Positions 41,124-51,256 are shown, counted from the stretch's first letter. The stretch: DNA of 64,000 nucleotides from Candidatus Hecatella orcuttiae (GCA_002011035.2 MTLY02000003.1:192001-256000), one strand, 5' to 3'. A program made the numbers and translations. Notes: generated by a model from the letters alone, not told the origin.

Positions 41124-43067
41124 TTGGAAGAACTTTGGTTTTTAAAATTATGCGCTTTGTTGCATGATGTTGGTAAATTAAGGTGTTGGGCTAGAGGCAA
41201 AGACTGGTCTGAACATGTCCAGTTTACTTATGAGATGTTAAAAGACGTCCTTGATAAAGAGTTGGCTATTTCAGCCATGAGGCATCACGCTTCAAGGACG
41301 TATCATCAAGATTTTCATCCTAAAACCTCTATGGAACATATTGTCCATCTGGCTGATATGGCTGCCTCCGGGGCTGACAGGGTTGAGGAAGCTTATCGGC
41401 GGTCTCCGAGACCTAAACCCCCCATAGAACTTTCCTACATTCTATCCAAAGGTTTACGTCGGTTTAGTTTTAATGCAGAGGAGCTGGAAGAGGTTTCGGC
41501 TGAGGTTTTAAAAACTTTGGAGACAAACAAGGAATTACTACATTCAGACATCCAGGCCGGTTATAGAAGGCTGTTTGAGGAGCTTTGTAACGGTCGTCTT
41601 TCTCAAATACCGGCTTATACTCAACCTCCCATAAATGATACTGACCTTTTCAGCCACATGAAGCTTACGGCAGCCATAGCCACATGCATATTTCTTTCAG
41701 GCTTCCAGCCCGGAAAGGAATTAGAGAACTACGAATTTGTCTTAGTTAGGGGTGATGCGGACAGGGTTCAAAACTACCTCAATTCCTCCAAACGTCTGCC
41801 AGATTTGACGGCTGGAAGCAGAATTATAAAGGAGGCAACAGAGGCATCGGCCAACGTTTTCGAGGAGAGGCTTGGTCCCGACTGTGTTCTTTATCGAGGC
41901 GGGGGGAATTTTTTGGCTTTATCACCACCTTTGATAGCGGAGGGGCTTCGACGGAGTTCCGAGAAAGCTTTTGAGGATTTGTCCCATGGGCAGCTTTCTA
42001 TCACAATTATTTTAAAATCTTGTGTGGGCGCGGAGCTACAGAATTTCGGTAAAATTTGGGAGGACTCCTATTGGAGCTTACGAGAGAGAAAAACTGGTAG
42101 ACCACTTTTAGGGTTTAAACCCATCACCCCTCAGTCTGAGCCCTGCGCGGTCTGCGGAGTTGAGCTTGGAACTTTTTCAGGGAGATATAAAGCGGCTGTG
42201 GATTCCTATCCTAGATTGGAGTTTCTTTGTGAAAAGTGTCTTAAAAGAAGACAGCTTGGAGAGGAGCAGAGAGGTATAGACATTGACGGCTTGGTTAGGG
42301 CGGATGAGGAGAGTGGAGGGAAAGGATTTATCGGTATCCTGAAGATGGACGGAGACCATGTGGGTAAAGTGTTCTCTGGTAAAAAACTCAAAGAAGACTA
42401 TAGTAAAAATGCAACTCCTGCTAGGCTGGCTTCGTTTAGCAGGTTTCTTCACGGAACTTTTGAGTCTGAGTTGAGAGAGTTGGTTGAGAAGAGTGGGGGA
42501 AGAACTGTTTACGCTGGTGGAGACGATCTCTTAGCTATTCTACTCGGAGGTAAGGTTTTCGATGTAGCCTTGGAGGCTGAGAGGGTATTTAGAAGAAAGA
42601 CTGGTTTAACCTTATCTGCGGGTGTAGTTCTCGCTAAAAAGGGTTATCCGATCTACTTAGCTTTAGAAGCCGTTTCTAAGCTTTTAGACAATGCTAAGAC
42701 TGCAGGTAGGAGTCGGTTGGACTACGAAATAGTTTGGAGCATCAGCTACACGGAGCAGGACTTATCTTTAGAGGGTAGCAGTAAGAGGCGACTAAGGCTT
42801 TCAGGCAGACCTTACAGCTGGGAAGCTCTAACGGAAATGTTAGACTTGGTGAGAAGGTTAAGAGAGAAGACGCCTTCAACCCAGCTCAGGGAGTTAAGCC
42901 GTCTAATCCAAGCAGAGAAGACCTTTGCTAAGGACGCTGCAGAGTTCTATTTGAGAAGACAGTTTGCTCGGGAGGTAATTAGTTGGGAGGAAATGGGTTG
43001 GCTGAAAAGCTTGGTAGAGAGGAGTATGCTTTTGGATGTGCTTGAACTTTTAAAAGTTATAACATAG
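41124..43067 (+). CDS. cas10: Cas10, compact (647 aa), with HD nuclease and intact GGDD Palm
   Basis: LLHDVGK, HLADMAASG, CAVCG/CEKC, KMDGD, YAGGDD. Confidence 0.93.
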   Translation: MEELWFLKLCALLHDVGKLRCWARGKDWSEHVQFTYEMLKDVLDKELAISAMRHHASRTYHQDFHPKTSMEHIVHLADMAASGADRVEEAYRRSPRPKPPIELSYILSKGLRRFSFNAEELEEVSAEVLKTLETNKELLHSDIQAGYRRLFEELCNGRLSQIPAYTQPPINDTDLFSHMKLTAAIATCIFLSGFQPGKELENYEFVLVRGDADRVQNYLNSSKRLPDLTAGSRIIKEATEASANVFEERLGPDCVLYRGGGNFLALSPPLIAEGLRRSSEKAFEDLSHGQLSITIILKSCVGAELQNFGKIWEDSYWSLRERKTGRPLLGFKPITPQSEPCAVCGVELGTFSGRYKAAVDSYPRLEFLCEKCLKRRQLGEEQRGIDIDGLVRADEESGGKGFIGILKMDGDHVGKVFSGKKLKEDYSKNATPARLASFSRFLHGTFESELRELVEKSGGRTVYAGGDDLLAILLGGKVFDVALEAERVFRRKTGLTLSAGVVLAKKGYPIYLALEAVSKLLDNAKTAGRSRLDYEIVWSISYTEQDLSLEGSSKRRLRLSGRPYSWEALTEMLDLVRRLREKTPSTQLRELSRLIQAEKTFAKDAAEFYLRRQFAREVISWEEMGWLKSLVERSMLLDVLELLKVIT

Positions 43068-43103
43068 CTTAACATAGAGAATGGGGTGTGAGAAATTTCT
43101 GAG

Positions 43104-43631
43104 TTGAACATTTACCATGAAGCAAACAGGTTGGCTGAGGAAGCCGCGAAGTCTGATGTTAGGAAAGGGCAGCTGGAGCAGCTTGCACGTTATGCAGAGA
43201 CCCATGATAAGGAAGGCATTCTTTTCTGGATTAGGAAGCAGGTGACAAGGGAAAGTGGAGGGCGACCCTTACTCAGCTTGGACTTCGCTTCCAAGTTGGA
43301 AGACCTCTTAGGTAGGGCTGTCCCTCGTATTTTTTCTAAAATTGTCGGAGTAGCGGCGGATTATTTAGATTGGAAGCTTCGTGAGAAGGATATAGAAATT
43401 GTTGGGCGGCGTCGGGGAGAAATCGATAAAGTAGTGAGGGAGCAACTCAGCTTGAGGAGGCTTCGGTTTGGCGGGTCTAAGCTTTTCATGGACCGTGATG
43501 GGTTTAGGCTTAGTGTCAACGTTGAGGGTAGAGTTCCCGACAGGGGTAGGCTGGCTTCGGAAATAGTTGGCGAGGTAAAGCGGAGAGTTCCTGAATTGAG
43601 GTACGTAAACCTGAAAGTTTGGTTTGAATAA
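43104..43631 (+). CDS. Putative Cas11/Csm2-like small subunit with extra C-terminal region
   Basis: Position between cas10 and cas7; helical N-terminal half (GQLEQL...FWIRKQ). Confidence 0.6.
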   Translation: MNIYHEANRLAEEAAKSDVRKGQLEQLARYAETHDKEGILFWIRKQVTRESGGRPLLSLDFASKLEDLLGRAVPRIFSKIVGVAADYLDWKLREKDIEIVGRRRGEIDKVVREQLSLRRLRFGGSKLFMDRDGFRLSVNVEGRVPDRGRLASEIVGEVKRRVPELRYVNLKVWFE

Positions 43632-43656
43632 AAGAGAAAGGAGGTGAAAGGTTAGA

Positions 43657-44346
43657 TTGGTGTTTGAAAAACTGGATAAAAGACTGATCCTAGAGGGGGA
43701 AATCGAAGCCTTAACAGCGTTGCATGTAGGCTCGGGGAAGGCTGAGTTTGAGGAAACCGTGGACCTTCCGGTGTTGAAAGACCCTAAGGGAAACCCCTAC
43801 GTGCCGGGGTCTTCCTTGAAGGGTAGAGTTCGCTCTGAAGCTGAAAGGTTGGCTAGGTCTATGGGTTATGCAGTATGCGAAGCTCCAACTGTGGAGTCGA
43901 TGTGCGGGTCGAAAGCTAAGGGAGAGGAAAGTCTTTGTATAATTTGCAAAATCTTCGGTACGGCTGGTATGAAGGGTGGAGTTTCTAGGGCGAGTAAAGT
44001 GAAGTTTAGGGATGCCCATCTGGTTGGCGGCTTGGAGAATCTGCTTAGGAGGACAGGTATAGCCTTGGACAGAGAGACAGGCACCGTGAAGCCTGGGGCT
44101 CTGTATAGCTTGGAGGCTGTTCCGGCTGGTAGTCGTTTCAGCTTGGAAATTGTGGCTGAGAACTTGACCGATGAGGAGCTTGGGTTGTTGAAGGCTGCTT
44201 TGAGGTCGGTGGAGGATAGTGCTTTAGGCGGGCAGTCTTCTCGGGGGCTTGGTAAGGTTCGTATCCGGGTGGACAGGGCTAGGGTTAGGACTGCGGAGTT
44301 CTATGTAGGGAAGGCTTCGGAGGAAGTTGTTGAACCGTGGAAATAA
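43657..44346 (+). CDS. csm3: Cas7/Csm3 RAMP
   Basis: TALHVGSG, VDLPV, PYVPGSSLKGRVRS, Zn-binding Cys, LGGQSSRGLG. Confidence 0.93.
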   Translation: MVFEKLDKRLILEGEIEALTALHVGSGKAEFEETVDLPVLKDPKGNPYVPGSSLKGRVRSEAERLARSMGYAVCEAPTVESMCGSKAKGEESLCIICKIFGTAGMKGGVSRASKVKFRDAHLVGGLENLLRRTGIALDRETGTVKPGALYSLEAVPAGSRFSLEIVAENLTDEELGLLKAALRSVEDSALGGQSSRGLGKVRIRVDRARVRTAEFYVGKASEEVVEPWK

Positions 44347-45533
44347 GAGAACAGGCCTTGGGGTGCTTTGTGATTAGGGGTACGGTGAAAGCTCAGAGTC
44401 CTCTCCATTTGGGGGCTGAGCCGAGGCTTGGAGTGGTTAAGGGAACCAAGGTTTACATTCCGGGCTCAATGCTCAGGGGAGCAGTGGGTTTAGCTTTGGC
44501 TAGGGCTGTTTGCGTTAAACCTGAGTATGCTAAGAGGCATGAGGAATGTCCGAGTCGAGAGGATTGTGACTACTTCCAGCTTTTCCAGGATGAGGGGAAT
44601 AGGGCTTCAGAGGTTTTCTTCAGGAACGCCTATCCTAGGCATGAGGGTTGCGTTGGAGGTGGAATATACTACCCTACTCCGCGAACTTTCTTTGTCTGCG
44701 AGGATTGTGGGGAGACAAGGTTTAACGGCTTTAATCCTCCTAAAGAATGCCCAAAATGCAGGGGTGTCCTTAAGCCTTATGAGGGCTATATTTGCTCTGT
44801 TTGCGGACATATTGCAAGGGCTCCGGTAAACTTGGCACGGATCACGAGGACAGCTATAGACCGGCGTCGCTATGCCGCAGCTATGATTAGGTTGCCTGGT
44901 GAGGCTGAACCTTTTGGCACTCTTCACAGCCGAGATGTGGTTGCTCAAGGTACTTGTTTTGGTTTGGAGGTTGTGGTAGGCTCTAAGGCTGAACCCTGTT
45001 TAAAGGCTTTGACTTCAACTCTAGAGAAGGCTCTGCCCGACGAGGGTTTGGGGGGAGGTAGAAGCCGGGGGTTTGGCAGGGTTTCTGTTAAGATCAGCGA
45101 GGTTAGTCGTCTAGATGCGGGAAGGTTTGAGGATAGAGCTTCGAAGCTTAACTCAGCGGATTTCGCCATAAGGCTTGTTTCAGATGCTCTGCTGGAGGGG
45201 TTAGACTTGTCAGGTCAGACTTTGGTGGCTGCGGCTAGGAGGGCTTATACTTGGATTTTCAAGGAGGGCGCTCCTAGACTTCCCAGTGTTAAGCTGATAG
45301 ACCGAAGGGTAGGTGAAGGTAGATTTAGCGGTTGGAGGCTAAAGGAGGACAGGAGAAGAGAGGTTTTGCCCACTGTAGCGGCTGGAAGCGTCTTCAGGTA
45401 TAGATCTGATGGGGTTGAAGTGTTCAGTAAGGCTTTGGCGGCTTTAGAGGTCTTGGCTGTGGGAGGCTTTAAGCCCATGGGCCTAGGCCAGCTCAGGGTT
45501 AAAAATATGTCAGGAGACTCCTTAGAGGAGTAG
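44337..45533 (+). CDS. Csx10-like double-RAMP (Cas7/Cas5 fusion) with Zn-finger insert
   Basis: SPLHLG, YIPGSMLRGA, LGGGRSRGFG, AGSVF, GGFKPMGLGQ. Confidence 0.78.
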   Translation: MEIREQALGCFVIRGTVKAQSPLHLGAEPRLGVVKGTKVYIPGSMLRGAVGLALARAVCVKPEYAKRHEECPSREDCDYFQLFQDEGNRASEVFFRNAYPRHEGCVGGGIYYPTPRTFFVCEDCGETRFNGFNPPKECPKCRGVLKPYEGYICSVCGHIARAPVNLARITRTAIDRRRYAAAMIRLPGEAEPFGTLHSRDVVAQGTCFGLEVVVGSKAEPCLKALTSTLEKALPDEGLGGGRSRGFGRVSVKISEVSRLDAGRFEDRASKLNSADFAIRLVSDALLEGLDLSGQTLVAAARRAYTWIFKEGAPRLPSVKLIDRRVGEGRFSGWRLKEDRRREVLPTVAAGSVFRYRSDGVEVFSKALAALEVLAVGGFKPMGLGQLRVKNMSGDSLEE

Positions 45534-45599
45534 AGAGGAACTGAGTTCTAGGTGGAGGTGGTGAAGGGCGTAAAGGGCTGGGCTGCCAACCCGGCATCG

Positions 45600-45818
45600 C
45601 CATACTCAGTTAATAATTGGTGAAGATGCTTGGAAGGATGAAGGGTCAATATTTCTGAAGTCATGGAAAATGTAGGTCGATGATTCTTCTGTGGGAGAGG
45701 CGGGTGAAACTGTGAACAGCGTTAAATACCCTCTGCCGGTTTTCCGTCGTTCGCGAAGGCTTGATGTAAAGAGACTGTTCACCGAAGAGTAGAAAGAAAA
45801 CGCTGAAAAATACTCCCA
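45600..45818 (+). promoter_or_regulatory. Probable CRISPR leader
   Basis: Non-coding, TTAAATA box near 45722, adjoins first perfect repeat; degenerate repeat is at the far end. Confidence 0.55.
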
Positions 45819-47397
45819 GTTTCAATGACTCAAAAGAAGAGGAGACTACAGAAACTTGGAAGATTTTTTCGCCTTGCTGTCTTTGCTGGTAGTTTCAATG
45901 ACTCAAAAGAAGAGGAGACTACAGAAACTAGGAATGAAATTTTCCATTTTAAAATTTGTAAATGTTTCAATGACTCAAAAGAAGAGGAGACTACAGAAAC
46001 ATCGGCGACCTGATACAGGACAGCGAAGGAAACTTCTGTTTCAATGACTCAAAAGAAGAGGAGACTACAGAAACAAGCCAATACGTGAAGGTAGCAACGA
46101 TTAACGCTAAAGTTTCAATGACTCAAAAGAAGAGGAGACTACAGAAACCGTGGAAAAACGCTACGCCCTACCTGCGGGCAGAGGCAGTTTCAATGACTCA
46201 AAAGAAGAGGAGACTACAGAAACGCAAAAGCCAAAATAGTTCCATCTACTGGAAATTTAGTTTCAATGACTCAAAAGAAGAGGAGACTACAGAAACGAGC
46301 AGTCATAAGAATTTCCTCGACTGCATTATTAAGGGTTTCAATGACTCAAAAGAAGAGGAGACTACAGAAACTCAAGTTTTTTTAAGATTAAATGTTCTTT
46401 CAAATCCAGTTTCAATGACTCAAAAGAAGAGGAGACTACAGAAACAGTGAATCACAAGCGTGAACCCATACTTTACAAACATGTTTCAATGACTCAAAAG
46501 AAGAGGAGACTACAGAAACACCATAACCAAGAAGAATTAAAAAAATTATATGTGTGTTTCAATGACTCAAAAGAAGAGGAGACTACAGAAACCTATACCA
46601 TAATTAGCCGCTTCGAGCATAAAATCATGTTTCAATGACTCAAAAGAAGAGGAGACTACAGAAACATCACTTCCCCGAATTTTTCGGCCTGGCGGGTGGA
46701 AGGTTTCAATGACTCAAAAGAAGAGGAGACTACAGAAACTTTTGTCATCTTTCCTTCCCATTTTTATTTTATAGTTGTTTCAATGACTCAAAAGAAGAGG
46801 AGACTACAGAAACTAAAGGATACGGCTACAGAATTAACCAGTCTAGTCGTTTCAATGACTCAAAAGAAGAGGAGACTACAGAAACCATGGGAGAGAGGGG
46901 GGGAATTTCATTCTTTCCACCTGTTTCAATGACTCAAAAGAAGAGGAGACTACAGAAACCCGTGATCCTTACTCGGATGTCGAAGGGTTTGTTTGGTTTC
47001 AATGACTCAAAAGAAGAGGAGACTACAGAAACTTATCTCTCTTTGCTGAACCCGTTTATAGTAATCATGTTTCAATGACTCAAAAGAAGAGGAGACTACA
47101 GAAACCCCAAAAAGGCATCTTCCGTATCCCATTCGGCGCCACGTTTCAATGACTCAAAAGAAGAGGAGACTACAGAAACTTTTTTCGCTTCGGTTAAGTT
47201 TTCTGCCGAACCGAGTTTCAATGACTCAAAAGAAGAGGAGACTACAGAAACTTACAGTAGGGCGTTTGTATAACCCAGCATAGGCCGGTTTCAATGACTC
47301 AAAAGAAGAGGAGACTACAGAAACTCTTAGTGGGCTTTAAGAATGTCTTTTGTCTCAGCTAAGTTTCAATGGCTCAAGAAGGAAAAAAATGGAAAAC
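45819..47397 (+). CRISPR. CRISPR array: 21 perfect 37-bp repeats GTTTCAATGACTCAAAAGAAGAGGAGACTACAGAAAC plus one degenerate terminal repeat; 21 spacers of about 35-38 bp
   Basis: Repeats from 45819 to 47288-47324; degenerate copy 47363-47397. Orientation set from leader/trailer, but the minus strand ends in ATTGAAAC, so strand is not certain. Confidence 0.97.
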
Positions 47398-47529
47398 GTG
47401 CTGCTCGAAGAAAAAAGGACGATAGTATTCGCTGATAGGTCTCACCTGTCTTATTGTCAGTTTCGTTAATTCCAAGAAACTTTTTTAGCATATTATGAGG
47501 CGTTATCTTCACAAGAAGGTCGTAAACCT

Positions 47530-48720
47530 ATGAAAAAAGCACTTATAATTCCGATTGGCACCGGCGCCAAGCCAACCTCAGAAGCTGTGGAAAGTCTAGC
47601 TCACGGAATAACCTACAGCATCCAAGCAAGTCACCCAGATATGGTCTACTTCATAGTAACCCGGGAAAGCAAGAAGCTTACCCTACCCCATATCCTCCAG
47701 AAAATAGGCGCTCAAAATTATGAAACCATAGAAATCGAAGACCCGGATAACATTCAAAACATCTACGAAACCTTAAACCAAAAATTCAGAGAAATCAGAC
47801 AAACCTACCCAATCCTCTCCGTGGATTATACTTCAGGAACAAAGGCTATGACAGGGGCACTAATCATACTTGGAACCTTCCATGAGGCTGACAGCTTAAA
47901 CTACGTGACAGGCAAACGAGTAGGAGGAATAGTCCAAAAAGGAACCGAAAGAATAAACCACATCAGACCCTACTTTGCTATCTTAGAAAAGAAACTATCC
48001 ACAGCAAAAAAATTCTTCAACCAATGTCAATATGACGCCGTGCTAACCATAATCCAAGAAATAGAAAAGGCTACCGCGGACCCCCGAATCCACCAATCCA
48101 TAACCGACCTAAAAGCCCTAGCCAACTCCTACTCGGCATGGGATAAGTTCGACCACTCCACAGCCTTCAACCACCTAAAAACCGTGAAAGACCCCCTCTG
48201 CAACCAGAACAAAAGCTTCCTCGGAAGATTACTCCACACTCAAGAAAACGAACCCTACCTCATTGCAGATCTCATAAACAACGCAAGAAGGAGAGGGGAT
48301 ATAGAAAAGAAATACGACGACGCCGTCGCCAGACTATACCGAACCCTAGAATTTCTAACCCAATACGAACTAAAAAGAAGATACTCCCTCAACGCTGGTA
48401 ATCTACCCATAGAAGAGGTGCCTCAAGACCTGAGAAAGGAATGGGGGGTGCAAGGTCGGGAACAAAAAATCAAGATAGGACTCAACAAAACCTGCCAACT
48501 CCTAGCCGAGAAACGAAATCATTTTGGAAAACAACTCACCGAAGATAAGGAGCTACTTAACCTCCTTTCCAAGAGAAACAACTCCATCCTGGCCCATGGA
48601 ACTGAACCCGTTGACCAGAAAACCTACCTAAAACTTCTTCAAAAAACCATACACTATGCTTCTCAAGTCATACCAAACCTAGAAAACCTAATCCAAGACT
48701 CCACCTTCAACCGGCTTTAA
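47530..48720 (+). CDS. CARF-HEPN ancillary ribonuclease (TIGR02710/Csm6-like)
   Basis: VDYTSGTKAMT (CARF), YDDAVARLYRTLE, RNNSILAHG (HEPN). Confidence 0.9.
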   Translation: MKKALIIPIGTGAKPTSEAVESLAHGITYSIQASHPDMVYFIVTRESKKLTLPHILQKIGAQNYETIEIEDPDNIQNIYETLNQKFREIRQTYPILSVDYTSGTKAMTGALIILGTFHEADSLNYVTGKRVGGIVQKGTERINHIRPYFAILEKKLSTAKKFFNQCQYDAVLTIIQEIEKATADPRIHQSITDLKALANSYSAWDKFDHSTAFNHLKTVKDPLCNQNKSFLGRLLHTQENEPYLIADLINNARRRGDIEKKYDDAVARLYRTLEFLTQYELKRRYSLNAGNLPIEEVPQDLRKEWGVQGREQKIKIGLNKTCQLLAEKRNHFGKQLTEDKELLNLLSKRNNSILAHGTEPVDQKTYLKLLQKTIHYASQVIPNLENLIQDSTFNRL

Positions 48721-49347
48721 GGGAATAATCAGCCTAACCGCCCATCTAGCAAGGAAGAAGCTCCGCGAGGTCTACCACCACGTAGTCTACGATGCAACCC
48801 CTAACCCGACTACGCGAAGAGTTTTTCCCCTCAATCGTTTACTAATTTTTTAATATCAAGGGAATAGTAGAAATCTCACCCTCCCCTGACAACTCCTGTT
48901 TCGTGCAACAGACCGGCGATGGTTTCGTTACGACTCTGAAAACGTCTCAGTTGAAAAGCTACCCGATATAAGACTAGATCGACCTAGGGGAGGCCGCGGA
49001 GGACCGGAGGCGGAAGCTGGTCAGGCCGCTGACCTCCGGCAGCGAGGGCAGCCTCTTCGCCGACATGAAGGGGAAAATCTACCGCGACTATCAGCCCAGC
49101 CGACTGGAGGCCTGGCTGGAGAAGGCCGCTGAAAGGGCGAAGCAGGAAGGCGGCAGCCTGAAAATCAGGGTGGGCCCCGAGGAGCTTCCCCCCGAAGACT
49201 TCTCCTACCGGTACTTCACAGAATGGGTTAGGGAGGGCTGAGCAATAAAAAGAGAAAGAAAGAACCAAAGAAAGAGAAAAACAACCAACCCAGCAATAGT
49301 TCCCAGCCTTCACCACACTAGAATATTCAAAACGGGGTTGTGTATTT

Positions 49348-49378
49348 TTCACCACACTAGTAGTACTAGTGTGGTGAA
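49348..49378. repeat. Perfect 15-bp inverted repeat with 1-nt spacer
   Basis: TTCACCACACTAGTA-G-TACTAGTGTGGTGAA. Confidence 0.9.
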
Positions 49379-49416
49379 CATTAGATACTTGTTATTGAAT
49401 TATCTCGTACTTCTAG

Positions 49417-49974
49417 GTGGTTTTAATGCCGTACTTCTTCAATAAACCTCTTACCCGTGCTTTGATGTTGCTCGGCGCCAAACTGGGCGGGTTGACATTG
49501 TGGGAACTGGTCCCCCTGGTCCTCAAGCAACGGCTGGTGCAGGAGGGGTTTCTCCTACCAGAAGAGGACTGTCTTCACGAAAACGTGTATGAAACCCAGC
49601 ATAGTAGGGTGAAAAAAATCGTCTGCCTGGACTGCGCTCAGGAATTCGCCTCCGAGGCTGTTTGGCGTCAGGCTAAGGAGGAGGCTCGGGAGCGTCTGCT
49701 GCCGCCCTTACCGGAGGACTTTCCCTTAACCAAAGGCCACAGGTGGGACATGAAAGCCAAACGGTGCACCGTCTGCGGCTTGGAGTGGGAAAACTACGAC
49801 ACTGCCGCTCCCAAGGAGGACCCTTACCGCTATGTATGCCCGCCCTGGCGCCGGGTCTTGGAGCGCATGGACGCCCGGAAGAGGGCTGAGAAGGGGCGGT
49901 CGGAGCCGCAGGAGCCGAAGGTCAAAGTCTACGGTAAACCGCCTCCGGTGGACGAATTCTTGGAGGGCGAGTGA
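49417..49974 (+). CDS. Hypothetical Zn-binding protein
   Basis: CLH..., CLDC, HRW...CTVC motifs. Confidence 0.6.
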   Translation: MVLMPYFFNKPLTRALMLLGAKLGGLTLWELVPLVLKQRLVQEGFLLPEEDCLHENVYETQHSRVKKIVCLDCAQEFASEAVWRQAKEEARERLLPPLPEDFPLTKGHRWDMKAKRCTVCGLEWENYDTAAPKEDPYRYVCPPWRRVLERMDARKRAEKGRSEPQEPKVKVYGKPPPVDEFLEGE

Positions 49975-49980
49975 CCCCCT

Positions 49981-50151
49981 ATGGCCCCGCTGACCGTGGC
50001 AGACCTGACCGTTCTCCCCTGGACCCGGGAAGCCAGAGACTACGTGGCCGGGAGAGGCTACACCCTCCAAGACTTCGCCTCCCCAAAGCTCGCCCCCATC
50101 CTTCAGCGCGCAGCCCAGAAGGTCAGAGAAGCCTCCGACTTCAACAAGTAA
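49981..50151 (+). CDS. 56-aa protein resembling the N-terminus of primase large subunit PriL
   Basis: DLTVLPWTREARDYV...LQDF...ILQRAAQKVREA. Confidence 0.45.
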   Translation: MAPLTVADLTVLPWTREARDYVAGRGYTLQDFASPKLAPILQRAAQKVREASDFNK

Positions 50152-50454
50152 CTCATTCGCTACTTGAAAAATCGGGTCCTTCTAGCCTGGTTAGGATTCA
50201 GTACTCTTTGTTAAGATTAGCCTGCTATCTTCTGCTAGGAAGACGAGTATATCTCCCTCTTTCAGAGCGAATCTTTCCCTGACCCTCTTTGGGAGGGTAA
50301 GTTGGAATTTGTAAGTGAGCTTGCTCATCCCCAAAATTTCTTTCCTTACATTCTTGGACAATAAGTGATCCCCTTGAGAAAAAGGAAACGAGGATGAGAG
50401 TCATAAGATGAGCCAAGGAAAATACATAAATTCTTGGAAAGTAAGGAATGTAAT

Positions 50455-50865
50455 ATGAAAAACAAAGAAAGCAAGCCTCAATATTCAAAAATCTCGCTCA
50501 AAGTTATTAAGCGTCTGAGAAAGTTTGGCCACCCTAAAGCTGAACAGGTTCTAAAAGCTCTCGGATTTAAAATAACCTATGAAAAAGACATTAGCTCAAA
50601 ACCTTACGACTTCATAGCGGAGAAAAATGGTGCAACCTACTATATCGACGCCAAAGTTCCATTGAAACGTTGTAGCATCAGCATCTCAGAACTAAAGGGG
50701 ATGGACCAGATTAGCCGGCGGGGAATACCCCTCTATCTGTTCATACTGCCTGACAGCAGTTATTTACTTTTTAAACTTGAAGCCTCGACGAGTATGGCCA
50801 AGGCGTCACGAAGTAAACAAAAAATAAATAAGTTTAACTCTTCAGCCTCGGCCGCCTCCGCTTGA
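50455..50865 (+). CDS. PD-(D/E)XK nuclease-like protein
   Basis: PYDFIAEKNGATYYIDAK; low GC. Confidence 0.6.
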   Translation: MKNKESKPQYSKISLKVIKRLRKFGHPKAEQVLKALGFKITYEKDISSKPYDFIAEKNGATYYIDAKVPLKRCSISISELKGMDQISRRGIPLYLFILPDSSYLLFKLEASTSMAKASRSKQKINKFNSSASAASA

Positions 50866-51184
50866 CCTGCAAGACGCCCTGCACGTAGCCTGCTCCATGC
50901 ACGTACTTGACCTTCCGACCCTCCCTTGCCCACGTCCGCCTGTCTATGCTGTCAATCTTCAGCCACCGCTCCGTGCACCGGCCGCACAGCCCCCGCTCCA
51001 GCAGCCCTCCGCACCGCCGGGCCAGCCTAGCCCACCAGTCGCCCCAGTGCCGCTCCTGCTTGTAGGCTACGCCGCAGACCTCGCAGACCAGCTGCACGAC
51101 GACCGCTCCTCCGAATCCTGCCGTTGCCATGCCTGCCATCTCCGAATAAGGCTTTGCTGAGAACATATTTAAACTTCCTACCAC
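50834..51184 (-). CDS. Hypothetical Zn-finger protein
   Basis: CEVC...GLCGRC; divergent from the array. Confidence 0.45.
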   Translation of the reverse strand: MVGSLNMFSAKPYSEMAGMATAGFGGAVVVQLVCEVCGVAYKQERHWGDWWARLARRCGGLLERGLCGRCTERWLKIDSIDRRTWAREGRKVKYVHGAGYVQGVLQVKRRRPRLKS

Positions 51185-51243
51185 CTTAAGCCTTCTTTTT
51201 CAAAAACAGGCCTTAATAAAGGCCCTAGAGCCAAAAGAAACGG

Positions 51244-51256
51244 TATATTTAAATAT
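51244..51256. promoter_or_regulatory. Palindromic TATA-like box upstream of the structured RNA and gene array
   Basis: TATATTTAAATAT, flanked by an imperfect IR (CCTTCTTTTTCAAAAA / TTTTTGAAGAAGG). Confidence 0.55.

Noticed and set aside
46001-46037. Spacer 3 sharing ATCGGCGACCT with rpoB near 20877
   Set aside because: An 11-nt match is expected by chance and does not indicate self-targeting.
45825-47078. Short ORFs with repeated SMTQKKRRLQK
   Set aside because: They are translations of the CRISPR repeats.
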